The position numbers were made by a program, and so were the translations under genes. A DNA stretch of 64,000 bases from Prolixibacteraceae bacterium (GTDB lineage Bacteria > Bacteroidota > Bacteroidia > Bacteroidales > Prolixibacteraceae), in NCBI GenBank assembly GCA_023228025.1, contig JALOCD010000004.1:3860-67859 (forward strand). The letters run 5' to 3'. Positions within the stretch are counted from its first letter, which is position 1. Each line of letters opens with the position of its first letter. Positions 37,348 through 45,746 of the stretch are shown in pieces. The notes beneath the pieces were generated by a model that saw nothing but the letters and a program-made list of their open reading frames with translations, did not search any database and was not told the origin of the DNA.

Positions 37348-38826
37348 TTACAATACGGAAAAACTATTCTGAAATGCATAGCCAACATCCTCAATGACAT
37401 CACTAAGCCTTTGGTTTAATGAGACAAGGATTTCTTTACAATGAATATTTAATTGCGATGAAAGCTCCTTACTTGCCTTCTCAATCTGTTGGGTAAGCTG
37501 TTTTCTTTGTTTCTCAATGTTTGCGCTTTGTTTCTTAAGGGCTGAAATCTCCTTCTTGTTCTTCCTGGAATCTACTTGATATTTAATAAGTTCATTATTA
37601 ATTGGTTCCAATTGACTATTGAGTTCAATATTTTTCTTGTTTACAGAAATCACCTCCTCATTCCACCGTGTGATTATTTCCTTGATCGTTATTATTTCAT
37701 TCTCGTAAAAGAACAGCAAACTGGTTGCAGGGGATATAAATTCAATCAGCGTCGTGTCAATGATCATTTTGTTAATGGTGATTGCCTTTGGTTTACAATT
37801 TTCCCCCATCGACTGATCAGGATCCGTTGCTCTCACATTCTTGGCTACCATGTTGAATTTATCGCCAATAGATCTTTCAATATCATTACCAATTTTCTTC
37901 AGCTCCTTATTAATATTCATCCCTGAGGTAAGCATTTTGGTCTTAAATTGCCTGTAATTCATCCGGGATTTAGACAATTCACTTCTTAGCGACAATATTC
38001 CATTGGTATAACCTTTAGAATTCGCATTTTTTTCACCAGCAAGTTTTATTTCAATCTCCTTCAAATAACTGTTAATAACCTTTCCACTATCCATGGAATT
38101 TTTTAGTCCATGGTCCCAATACCGGATTGCTCCTGCCAGATTATTTAATTCACTGTCAAAAAACAAGGCTAATTCTTCCAATGGAATAACGTAGCCAACC
38201 GCATTTAATTCAATCGTTTCATTTTGAGGTTTTTGTTCGGTTGTTGGAATGGTTTTTACATCATTTTTGGTGTCAACAGACGATAATTTTGCATCAGTAT
38301 TAGGAGGGACATTGGGTGTGCGCTTCAAAGTATCTGCGGTCGCAGAAAGTGATGGCGGCTGCGGTGATGCTACTTTGACAGACTGTTCCTTATATGCATT
38401 TACAGGTAATTTCAAAGAGTCACTAGGTTGGATACTCAACTTTTGCGAAATAGAATCGGTTTTGGTTATTGTTTTAACATCCTTAGCCGGCTCAGTTATC
38501 TGATCACCTCCTTTGTTGTTTTCAGGTTGCACGCTAACCTGCACGGCTGGAACAGTCGGCACAACAATGCCCGCTTTCTTATTCGCCTCTTTCATTGCCT
38601 GAATAATCTGCGGAGAAATATTCTCTTTTGCCAGCATATTGAGGGATTCCTCACTTAAATCAAAATTAACCTCTGAATTATTAATCTCATCGATTATCAA
38701 TGACGGTGAAAGATTGGCTTTCACCATCTTAATGACCGTGGTATTGTTAAGTTTCTCTGTCGGTTGCGCTTGTAAATAAACGGCAAAAGAGAGAAAGCAG
38801 AATAGTAGGAAGACGACTTTTTTCAT
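37348..38826 (-). CDS. hypothetical secreted protein: N-terminal ~55-aa helical module, P/S/T/Q-rich linker, long coiled-coil domain (cluster gene 3)
   Basis: Signal peptide MKKVVFLLFCFLSFAVYLQAQ. The module TVIKMVKANLSPSLIIDEINNSEVNFDLSEESLNMLAKENISPQIIQAMKEA is shared with the C-terminus of the upstream gene product. Confidence 0.5.
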   Translation of the reverse strand: MKKVVFLLFCFLSFAVYLQAQPTEKLNNTTVIKMVKANLSPSLIIDEINNSEVNFDLSEESLNMLAKENISPQIIQAMKEANKKAGIVVPTVPAVQVSVQPENNKGGDQITEPAKDVKTITKTDSISQKLSIQPSDSLKLPVNAYKEQSVKVASPQPPSLSATADTLKRTPNVPPNTDAKLSSVDTKNDVKTIPTTEQKPQNETIELNAVGYVIPLEELALFFDSELNNLAGAIRYWDHGLKNSMDSGKVINSYLKEIEIKLAGEKNANSKGYTNGILSLRSELSKSRMNYRQFKTKMLTSGMNINKELKKIGNDIERSIGDKFNMVAKNVRATDPDQSMGENCKPKAITINKMIIDTTLIEFISPATSLLFFYENEIITIKEIITRWNEEVISVNKKNIELNSQLEPINNELIKYQVDSRKNKKEISALKKQSANIEKQRKQLTQQIEKASKELSSQLNIHCKEILVSLNQRLSDVIEDVGYAFQNSFSVL

Positions 38827-38887
38827 AGTCTATCTATTTGTTATATAGAAAATTAAAAATGAATTATCAAATTTCTCAATGACGTAA

Positions 38888-40009
38888 TCATTGTTTGGTA
38901 TTATTTGGAACATTACTGGTTTTTTTTCGCATCGCATTTTTCATGGCCATAATAACTTCGGAGGATACATTCTGACCCGACAAAAAAATCATGTCATCCA
39001 CCCCAAGGTTAAAATTGACAACAGATTTATTTATTATGTTAATTATACGACTGTCTGAAAGTTTTAATTTAACCATGTCGATGACCATTGCATTGGTGAG
39101 TATATCAGATGGCTGTTCTTTTGCTTGTGGAGTCTTTGATCCCTTTAATTGCGAAGTGATCTTATTTTCAACACCTAAGATTCTAATCAAATATTTTTTT
39201 TCAGGATTAAAAACGATGAGGCCACCATTGTAAAACCTGACCACTCCTCCAAATTGATTGGTAACTAATACCACGCTGGAATCTTTGGTAGCAAAGACCA
39301 TTTTGTCAGTCGAAAAATAAACGATATCGCTTGAAGAATTAGCATGTATTGATCTAATCACTTCACCCTTGGGCAAAGAAGCAATTGCTTTTAAATCCTT
39401 AGTCTTAATATCATAACTGAATATTGCATTTCCAGAAGCGAAAAGAAGAGTGTTATTCCACTCAACAACCGAATTAATAGAAGAAGGGATTTCGAACAAC
39501 TTGGAATATTTACCTCTTCTGGCGATTAAGTATAACGCATTCTTTTGTCCATCAATATTACGATCATATGCATACATCACATATTTTCCTCTGCTTATTT
39601 CCATTCCTTCATTCGGCAATTCAAAAAGCTTGGAAAGCTTTCCATTCAAATCAAAAGCACATAGATCCCTATTCCGGATAATCATCAATAAACTATCTGA
39701 TGTATATCTAAAAGAGTTGATTTTCCCTTCAACTTTCTTTCCAACAGGGGAAATGCCCCCCCAGCCCAACAAATAGAATTGATCATTTGTAGAAAGCAAA
39801 ATAAGTCGATCAGAGGTTATGTCAAGAGAAGAGTTAAACAAGGCATCTTTTTGGACATCTGATAGTAATCTGCTCGTTAGCAATACTTCAAAGCGCAGGG
39901 AATCATTATTCGTTGATGATGCTCTTATGTTTAATACACCACACATTAAGAGAATGACAGCTATTATTATCCTATATATTTGCATAAGTTCACATGATTT
40001 GATAATCAA
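38888..40009 (-). CDS. hypothetical secreted beta-rich (propeller-like) protein with the same ~55-aa helical module at its C-terminus (cluster gene 2)
   Basis: 373 aa with an N-terminal TM/signal. The C-terminus is MVIDMVKLKLSDSRIINIINKSVVNFNLGVDDMIFLSGQNVSSEVIMAMKNA. 4-nt overlap with cluster gene 1. Confidence 0.5.
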   Translation of the reverse strand: MIIKSCELMQIYRIIIAVILLMCGVLNIRASSTNNDSLRFEVLLTSRLLSDVQKDALFNSSLDITSDRLILLSTNDQFYLLGWGGISPVGKKVEGKINSFRYTSDSLLMIIRNRDLCAFDLNGKLSKLFELPNEGMEISRGKYVMYAYDRNIDGQKNALYLIARRGKYSKLFEIPSSINSVVEWNNTLLFASGNAIFSYDIKTKDLKAIASLPKGEVIRSIHANSSSDIVYFSTDKMVFATKDSSVVLVTNQFGGVVRFYNGGLIVFNPEKKYLIRILGVENKITSQLKGSKTPQAKEQPSDILTNAMVIDMVKLKLSDSRIINIINKSVVNFNLGVDDMIFLSGQNVSSEVIMAMKNAMRKKTSNVPNNTKQ

Positions 40010-41220
40010 TCCCCCTTTTTATTTTGCCATAATTCGATACCGATACCACCCCATTTATAGCCTAGCTCAGCATTTTCTCTCCCATCTTTAGCTACTTCGA
40101 TTATTTTTTTCAAATTACCAATGCCCCACTGTTCCTTGTCAACCAAGCTTTGAACTGCGCGCTTTTTGTACAAATTGGATGTTTTATCAATACCAATCTC
40201 AACAATTTTATCACTACCGGCACTAATAAGTTCTTCAGTAATAAAAGCATCAGTGGCGTTATATACGACCTTTCCACCTAGTAACTCGTTCCCAAGTTTA
40301 TCCGCCTTTTCATCATCACCGCTTACCAATAGGCTTACTGCCTCATTCAAATTTTTAAATGTCTCATCAGCTACATTTAACTCCCAACTAGCAATCTTGC
40401 CTTCTAATCCATCTATTCTGCCAAGTGCCGTCCTTAAGATAGCTTCACCCCAGGATCTTTCTGCTAATTTCTCGCCATTGATTACATCATCATTACCTAT
40501 TTCTGTTAGGTTGGTATATCCTTGCTCTTTAATTCTTTCCTGATACCACTCATCCCTGTTCTTTTGCTCTTCTAAGGTAGTAAGCAATTTAACTGTTCCC
40601 TTCTTACCTGTCAGATCCACATCACTTGCATCCGAATTAATTTTGGTTGAAGCTGGAGGCACCGGAGGAGGTGGTGGCGGTGGTGGTGGCGGCGGTGATT
40701 TAACCTTGGGTTTAAATCTTTCGGCCCAAAGGTTGTAAAGCAGTTTAAAGTACTTATCCTCATTTCCAAGAATGCTTGTTACCCCATAAGATTCCAAAAG
40801 TTGTTTGTATTCTGTTGCCCAATCCTCGAATGCCTGACTATGGTGGGGAGTGAAAATAGGTTTGCCGTCTAATGGACCATTGGTTGAAACTTCTCCTGAT
40901 TTTGGGATTCCAAAACTATTGCTTTGACCGGAACCATTTCCTGAGCCTGGATTTCCAACATCAGACCCGATACAAGGAGAACAAGTGATGGTAGTCGTAC
41001 ACTTACCACCAATAAACGACCAATCAGATCCACTGTAACTGAGATCAGATTGTCTTGCTGCGTCACATGCGCTCTTGGTATTGTAGTAAATCTTTTGATG
41101 AGTAGGAAAAGGGATACACTGACCGGTTTGTGTCACTGTCATCGTATAGCTCCACTGTGCATTACCCGTGTGTGAGATAAATATCCAAAACAGGAAAAGT
41201 ATCAGTTTTTTAACTCCCAT
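40006..41220 (-). CDS. hypothetical secreted protein: Cys-rich N-domain, Gly/Ser linker, P11-V-PP tract, helical C-domain (cluster gene 1)
   Basis: Start trimmed to MGVKKLILFLFWIFISHTGNAQ (ATG at 41220). Six Cys within the first about 85 mature residues. The polyproline tract is encoded at 40663-40695. Confidence 0.5.
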   Translation of the reverse strand: MGVKKLILFLFWIFISHTGNAQWSYTMTVTQTGQCIPFPTHQKIYYNTKSACDAARQSDLSYSGSDWSFIGGKCTTTITCSPCIGSDVGNPGSGNGSGQSNSFGIPKSGEVSTNGPLDGKPIFTPHHSQAFEDWATEYKQLLESYGVTSILGNEDKYFKLLYNLWAERFKPKVKSPPPPPPPPPPPVPPASTKINSDASDVDLTGKKGTVKLLTTLEEQKNRDEWYQERIKEQGYTNLTEIGNDDVINGEKLAERSWGEAILRTALGRIDGLEGKIASWELNVADETFKNLNEAVSLLVSGDDEKADKLGNELLGGKVVYNATDAFITEELISAGSDKIVEIGIDKTSNLYKKRAVQSLVDKEQWGIGNLKKIIEVAKDGRENAELGYKWGGIGIELWQNKKGD

Positions 41221-41710
41221 CTGACAAAATATTTGCCATTTCTTCTGATCCCACCTAAATCTCTCCTGGTCGCAATTATGGTGATACAAATTTTTATTCA
41301 GCATACTATATACTAATGGTTGAAATTAGAAAAAAGTCGCAGAAAAAACAATTAATTATCTGTAAATCAATAGAATTTTTCCTCAGAATCTATCCGTACT
41401 TTACATATTGATAATGTACGGAATTTCGAATATATGGTCGATGTGTTACCGATCTAAGATCACAATACGAACAGGGGAAAAAATAAAATCAGGTTTATTT
41501 GAAACTATTAATTGAACAGGGAGGTCAAATATTTGACACTTCTATATTAATAATAATAAACCAATCACACAAATATTTATGCCAGTAAAAATGATGAATG
41601 AATGAATTAATTTTTGCACCCTACACTACGGTGTCAACAGTATTTTTGATGCTATAAGAGAAATGATCGATACCGCAGATTGGATTGCAGTACGAAATAG
41701 CCAAAAGCAA

Positions 41711-41739
41711 AAAGGTCGTCTCCTTTCGAAACGACCTTT
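41711..41739 (-). terminator. terminator of the tRNA/tRNA-like tandem
   Basis: AAAGGTCGT-11 nt-ACGACCTTT, followed on the - strand by ttgcttttgg. Confidence 0.55.
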
Positions 41740-41745
41740 AATATG

Positions 41746-41818
41746 TAGCGAGGGTCCCGATGGATCGGGACGACCTTCCCGATTTCACATCGGGACGCTC
41801 TTCCCAAATGACCTAGCT
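41746..41818 (-). other. degenerate tRNA-like element (tandem copy of the adjacent tRNA module)
   Basis: It aligns arm by arm with the tRNA. The 3' end CCTCGCTA is shared. T-arm-like GTCCCG-atccat-CGGGAC. Anticodon-arm-like CCCGA-tgtgaaa-TCGGG. GAGC is retained but the D-arm is broken, and the acceptor has one mismatch. The downstream GAAACGACCTT box is also duplicated (41729 versus 41846). Confidence 0.45.
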
Positions 41819-41862
41819 TAAAATAAAAAAGGCCGTTCATTTACTGAAACGACCTTCTTTCG

Positions 41863-41936
41863 TAGCGAGGGCGGGGCATGATCCCGCGACCTCATGATTA
41901 TGAATCATGCGCTCTAACCAACTGAGCTACCTCGCC
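41863..41936 (-). tRNA. tRNA-Met(CAU) (elongator Met, or Ile2 if C34 is lysidinylated); no encoded CCA
   Basis: Manual cloverleaf: GGCGAGG-ta-GCTC-agttggtta-GAGC-g-CATGA-ttCATaa-TCATG-aggtc-GCGGG-atcatgc-CCCGC-CCTCGCT-a. 74 nt with G1.U72. The T-loop is ATCATGC instead of TTCRANY. Confidence 0.8.
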
Positions 41937-42212
41937 ATTATTTCAATTAACACTTAAAACTTTGAGCCTGCAAATATAATACCTTTCTCTTTTCGGACAA
42001 GACAGAATAAAAAAAATAGCAAATTAATTGCACGCGATCATTTTTTTTTGTTTTACATGAAAAAAATGGTACTTTGCAGAAGAAATAGCCATGATTTGAT
42101 AATCACCAACAATGAAGTAGACAAGATCATTGCTATTCCATTTGGCCATTGAAAGGCTTACATTACCAAATGAAACAATCAAACTATTCTCTTTTACGGT
42201 ACCTGAATCAAA

Positions 42213-42584
42213 ATGAAAAGAATTGAACTTGAATATCAAATTAGGTCATCTTCCTCCGTTTTATTCAGTCGGTTGAGTACCGCCTCCGGTCTGGCCGAAT
42301 GGTTTTCAGACAATGTCCAGGTTGATGGTTCCAGGTATACTTTTTTTTGGGGAAAAACCAGTCAGACTGCCGATCTGATTTCCATCCGCCCGCTCGAATC
42401 TGTCAAATTCAAATGGATTGACAGCGATGAACCTTACGAATTTGAATTCTATATCGTTCTGGGTGAGATTATAGAATCACTCTCACTGATGGTAGTCGAT
42501 CATGTCGAGGAAGCGGATGAAGAAGATGTTGTTAAAATGTGGGATGCTGCCATTAACCGCCTCAGAAAAGCCATTGGATCCTGA
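42213..42584 (+). CDS. SRPBCC/START-like (AHSA1-type) small protein
   Basis: 123 aa. The pattern ..LFSRLSTASGLAEWFSDNV..G..Y.F.W resembles Bacteroidota START-like domain proteins. Confidence 0.55.
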   Translation: MKRIELEYQIRSSSSVLFSRLSTASGLAEWFSDNVQVDGSRYTFFWGKTSQTADLISIRPLESVKFKWIDSDEPYEFEFYIVLGEIIESLSLMVVDHVEEADEEDVVKMWDAAINRLRKAIGS

Positions 42585-42612
42585 ATCTTCCCTAAAAATC
42601 ATAAAAAAGCAT

Positions 42613-42620
42613 TAGCTTTG
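42613..42620 (+). promoter_or_regulatory. Bacteroidota -7 box (TAnnTTTG)
   Basis: TAGCTTTG, 23 nt upstream of the ATG at 42643. Confidence 0.45.
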
Positions 42621-42642
42621 CCGGGCAATCTTCATCCAATTC

Positions 42643-44109
42643 ATGAAGCGATTACATCTATATATCATCAAGCGTTTTATCGGTCCGCTGATCGTTACCC
42701 TGCTCATCAGTTTGTTTGTGCTCCTGATGCAATTTTTGTGGGTTTACCTTGACGACCTCGTTGGCAAAGGATTGGAAATGAACATTATCGTCGAATTTCT
42801 GATCTATACCCTGGCCATGTTGATGCCAATGGCATTGCCGCTATCCATGTTGTTGGCCTCCATCATGACATTTGGCGACATGGGTGAAAACAACGAGTTG
42901 CTTGCCATGAAGGCAGCGGGCATTTCCCTTTTCAGGATCATGAAACCGGTCATTGTGGTAAGTATATTGTTGAGTTTCGGAGCTTTCCAGTTTTCAAACC
43001 GTGTTATTCCCGTCTCCTACAAAAAACTGATTACCCTGATGGCCAGTATCCGTCAGATGAGGCCTGAAATTGTTGTCAAAGAGGGGGTTTTCTCCAATGA
43101 TATAGACAATTTCTCTATCAAAGTGGGGCGAAAGGCGAAGGATGGTTCGATGTTGTATGACATCATGATTTATGATCACCGCTACGATCAGGGGAATGAG
43201 ACAGTCACGGTAGCCGATTCAGGTACGATGAAAATCACCACCGATAAGCGGTTCATGATCCTTAACCTTTATTCCGGTGAAACCCATGCAGAGGTCCAGA
43301 CGACAAACAGGGAGTCGGCAGGATATCCTGTCAGGACCGATAAGTTCAAGAAAGAGACCATCTACTCCAAACTTCAGGGGATGGATTTCGAAAGAAAAGA
43401 TGAAAGTATCTTCAAGAACCAATACAGGTCGCTTAACAACAGGCAACTTCAATATTTTTCAGATTCCCTTTCAAAACAATTCGATATGCTCGCTACCGAG
43501 CAGGCCCTCAGTGTTGCCTATCCCCTTCCAGTTGCCATTGCCATAAATTCATTGGCACGGAAAGACCCCCCTATGAAGTCCGAATATCGATTGAAGAAGT
43601 ATATCGATATCGATAGTGTAATGCGAAGTGTCATTGCGCCTGTTCGCAAACAACTGATTGATGGAGCGCTATCGAATGCGAGAGCGAATATCCGCGCCAT
43701 CAAACAGGTAGAAGAGTTGAATGTCGCCAACATCCGGAGCATTAACAGGTTCGATACCGAATGGCACAAAAAATTCACCTATTCCATCGCCTGCCTGATC
43801 TTCTTCTTTATCGGGGCACCGCTTGGGGCCATCATTCGCAAAGGAGGACTGGGCATGCCACTTGTCGTCTCAGTGGTGCTTTTTATTTTTTACTGGATCC
43901 TCTCCACCACCGGAGAGAAATATGTACGTGAGGCTACCTCCGGCTTATGGTTTGGCATTTGGTTTTCTACTTTCATTTTTTTGCCTGCCGGGATTTTCCT
44001 CACCTACAAGGCTGTAACAGATTCTACTGTGCTTAACTTTGATTCGTACCTCGAATTCTTTAAAAAATTTCGTTTCAGGGATAAGTCGGGTTCCGACCAA
44101 CAGGAGTGA
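42643..44109 (+). CDS. LptF/LptG-family (YjgP/YjgQ) LPS export permease
   Basis: 488 aa. N-terminal LYIIKRFIGPL...L..F..L......L.D..G; three TM, a large periplasmic domain, then three TM. Confidence 0.8.
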   Translation: MKRLHLYIIKRFIGPLIVTLLISLFVLLMQFLWVYLDDLVGKGLEMNIIVEFLIYTLAMLMPMALPLSMLLASIMTFGDMGENNELLAMKAAGISLFRIMKPVIVVSILLSFGAFQFSNRVIPVSYKKLITLMASIRQMRPEIVVKEGVFSNDIDNFSIKVGRKAKDGSMLYDIMIYDHRYDQGNETVTVADSGTMKITTDKRFMILNLYSGETHAEVQTTNRESAGYPVRTDKFKKETIYSKLQGMDFERKDESIFKNQYRSLNNRQLQYFSDSLSKQFDMLATEQALSVAYPLPVAIAINSLARKDPPMKSEYRLKKYIDIDSVMRSVIAPVRKQLIDGALSNARANIRAIKQVEELNVANIRSINRFDTEWHKKFTYSIACLIFFFIGAPLGAIIRKGGLGMPLVVSVVLFIFYWILSTTGEKYVREATSGLWFGIWFSTFIFLPAGIFLTYKAVTDSTVLNFDSYLEFFKKFRFRDKSGSDQQE

Positions 44110-44136
44110 TCTCTCCTTTAGATTTTGCAGAAATGA

Positions 44137-45375
44137 ATGATTGTCTTAATTAAAAGTATGAGTGATATAAAATTAAATACCATTGAAGAGGCCATTGCAG
44201 ACATTCGCGAAGGTAAATTCATTATCGTTGTCGATGATGAGGACCGCGAAAACGAAGGGGATTTTATTGCTGCGGCCGAAAAAATTACTCCTAAAATGGT
44301 CAATTTCATGGCTACAGAAGGTCGTGGATTGATCTGCGTTGCCCTTACGGAGGAGCGCTGTGAAGAGCTGGAACTGGAGATGATGGTTGGCCGAAATACC
44401 TCCATCCACGATACCCCATTTACTGTATCGGTAGACGCGGTTGGGGAGAATGTCTCGACAGGCATATCTGCCCACGATAGGGCCATTACGATCCAGAAAC
44501 TTGCCTCACCCGACACAAAGCCTAGTGAACTTGGACGTCCGGGCCATATATTTCCACTACGAGCCAAAAGCCGCGGTGTTCTTAGACGCGCAGGGCATAC
44601 TGAAGCGACAGTAGATTTGGTACGGTTGGCCGGGCTACAACCAGCCGGCGTGCTGGTCGAGATCATGAACCCCGATGGTACCATGGCCAGACTTCCTCAA
44701 CTCTATGAGCTTGCACAGAAGCTGAACCTAAAGTTGGTTTCAATCGCTGATCTGATCACATACAAACTTGACAAAGAGACGCTCATCGAAAGAGGTGAAG
44801 AGGTCAAATTACCTACCGAATTCGGCTACTTCAGATTGATTCCCTTCCTTCAGAAATCCAATGGTGTAGAACACATCTCCCTGATAAAAGGCACCTGGGA
44901 ACCTGATGAGGCCATCCTGGTAAGGGTCCACTCTTCGTGCGCAACAGGTGATATATTCGGATCGCTTCGCTGTGAATGCGGGGAACAACTTCACAAAGCA
45001 ATGGAACTGATCGAGAAAGAGGGAAAGGGCGTCATTGTTTACATGCAGCAAGAGGGCCGGGGAATTGGGCTCATGAATAAAATCAAGGCATACAAGCTAC
45101 AGGAGCAGGGGCTAGATACCGTTGATGCCAATATTCACCTTGGTTTCGATCCAGATCAACGCGAGTATGGAGTAGGTGCGCAGATTCTTAGCAGTTTGGG
45201 AGTAAGCAAAATGAAACTAATTACCAATAATCCGGTAAAACGGGTAGGTCTCGAATCTTTTGGCCTCACAGTGGTTGAAACGATTCCGATTGAAGTCAAA
45301 CCGAATCCGTTCAACACCTTTTATTTGCAAACAAAAAGGGACAGGATGGGGCATTCGCTGGATAGCACACTTTAA
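44137..45375 (+). CDS. ribBA: bifunctional 3,4-dihydroxy-2-butanone-4-phosphate synthase / GTP cyclohydrolase II
   Basis: 412 aa. [15 protein letters not shown] and [19 protein letters not shown] are canonical RibB and RibA motifs. Confidence 0.95.
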   Translation: MIVLIKSMSDIKLNTIEEAIADIREGKFIIVVDDEDRENEGDFIAAAEKITPKMVNFMATEGRGLICVALTEERCEELELEMMVGRNTSIHDTPFTVSVDAVGENVSTGISAHDRAITIQKLASPDTKPSELGRPGHIFPLRAKSRGVLRRAGHTEATVDLVRLAGLQPAGVLVEIMNPDGTMARLPQLYELAQKLNLKLVSIADLITYKLDKETLIERGEEVKLPTEFGYFRLIPFLQKSNGVEHISLIKGTWEPDEAILVRVHSSCATGDIFGSLRCECGEQLHKAMELIEKEGKGVIVYMQQEGRGIGLMNKIKAYKLQEQGLDTVDANIHLGFDPDQREYGVGAQILSSLGVSKMKLITNNPVKRVGLESFGLTVVETIPIEVKPNPFNTFYLQTKRDRMGHSLDSTL

Positions 45376-45474
45376 AAGAGTTATGAGATATGAGTTATGA
45401 GATATGAGATATGAGTTATGAGATATGAGTTATGAGTTATGAGAATTTGGAAGTTTGTTTATTGTGTGTGGAAT
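45371..45474. repeat. 104-nt C-free block of tandem 'gagttatgagat' words starting at the ribBA stop codon
   Basis: No C on the + strand from 45371 to 45474, counted base by base. gagttatgagatatgag is reiterated about 6 times, then gaatttggaagtttgtttattgtgtgtgg follows. Confidence 0.85.
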
Positions 45475-45502
45475 CCAAATCTAAAATCTAAAATATTGCA
45501 GG

Positions 45503-45685
45503 GTGGAAGACAGTATTAAATATGGCGATGAATTGGTTAGAGGGGTGGATTATTATCTGTCACCTGAAGGTTACCGCGTTATGACCGAAAAGTACCTGAC
45601 GGATCGTGGTTACTGTTGTGGAAACGGATGCAAACATTGCCCATATCACCCAAAAGCTACAAAGGGAAATACCAATCTTAGATAA
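45503..45685 (+). CDS. small Cys-rich protein (DUF5522-like, CCGNGCKHCPY motif)
   Basis: 60 aa from a GTG start. GVDYYLSPEGYRVMTEKYLTDRGYCCGNGCKHCPY matches the family as I remember it. The start codon is uncertain. Confidence 0.5.
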   Translation: MEDSIKYGDELVRGVDYYLSPEGYRVMTEKYLTDRGYCCGNGCKHCPYHPKATKGNTNLR

Positions 45686-45709
45686 CCCTTCGACAGGCTC
45701 AGGGACCGG
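45686..45709. repeat. 24-nt element, left copy (inverted partner at 46842-46865)
   Basis: cccttcgacaggctcagggaccgg. Its reverse complement equals 46842-46865 exactly (24/24). Confidence 0.85.
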
Positions 45710-45746
45710 TACTTTGACTAACATTTCAAACATTTCAAACATTTCT

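Noticed and set aside
34124-41936. A genomic island integrated at the 3' end of tRNA-Met, with the tRNA-like copy acting as attR.
   Set aside because: The duplicated tRNA 3' segment is only 117 bp from the tRNA, not at the far end of the AT-rich cluster. No integrase gene is present. I kept only the weaker statement that the cluster is AT-rich and tRNA-adjacent.
44110-44136. An FMN riboswitch (RFN element) expected upstream of ribBA.
   Set aside because: Only 27 nt separate the LptF/G stop from the ribBA start, which leaves no room for an RFN element. ribBA appears co-transcribed or constitutively expressed here.
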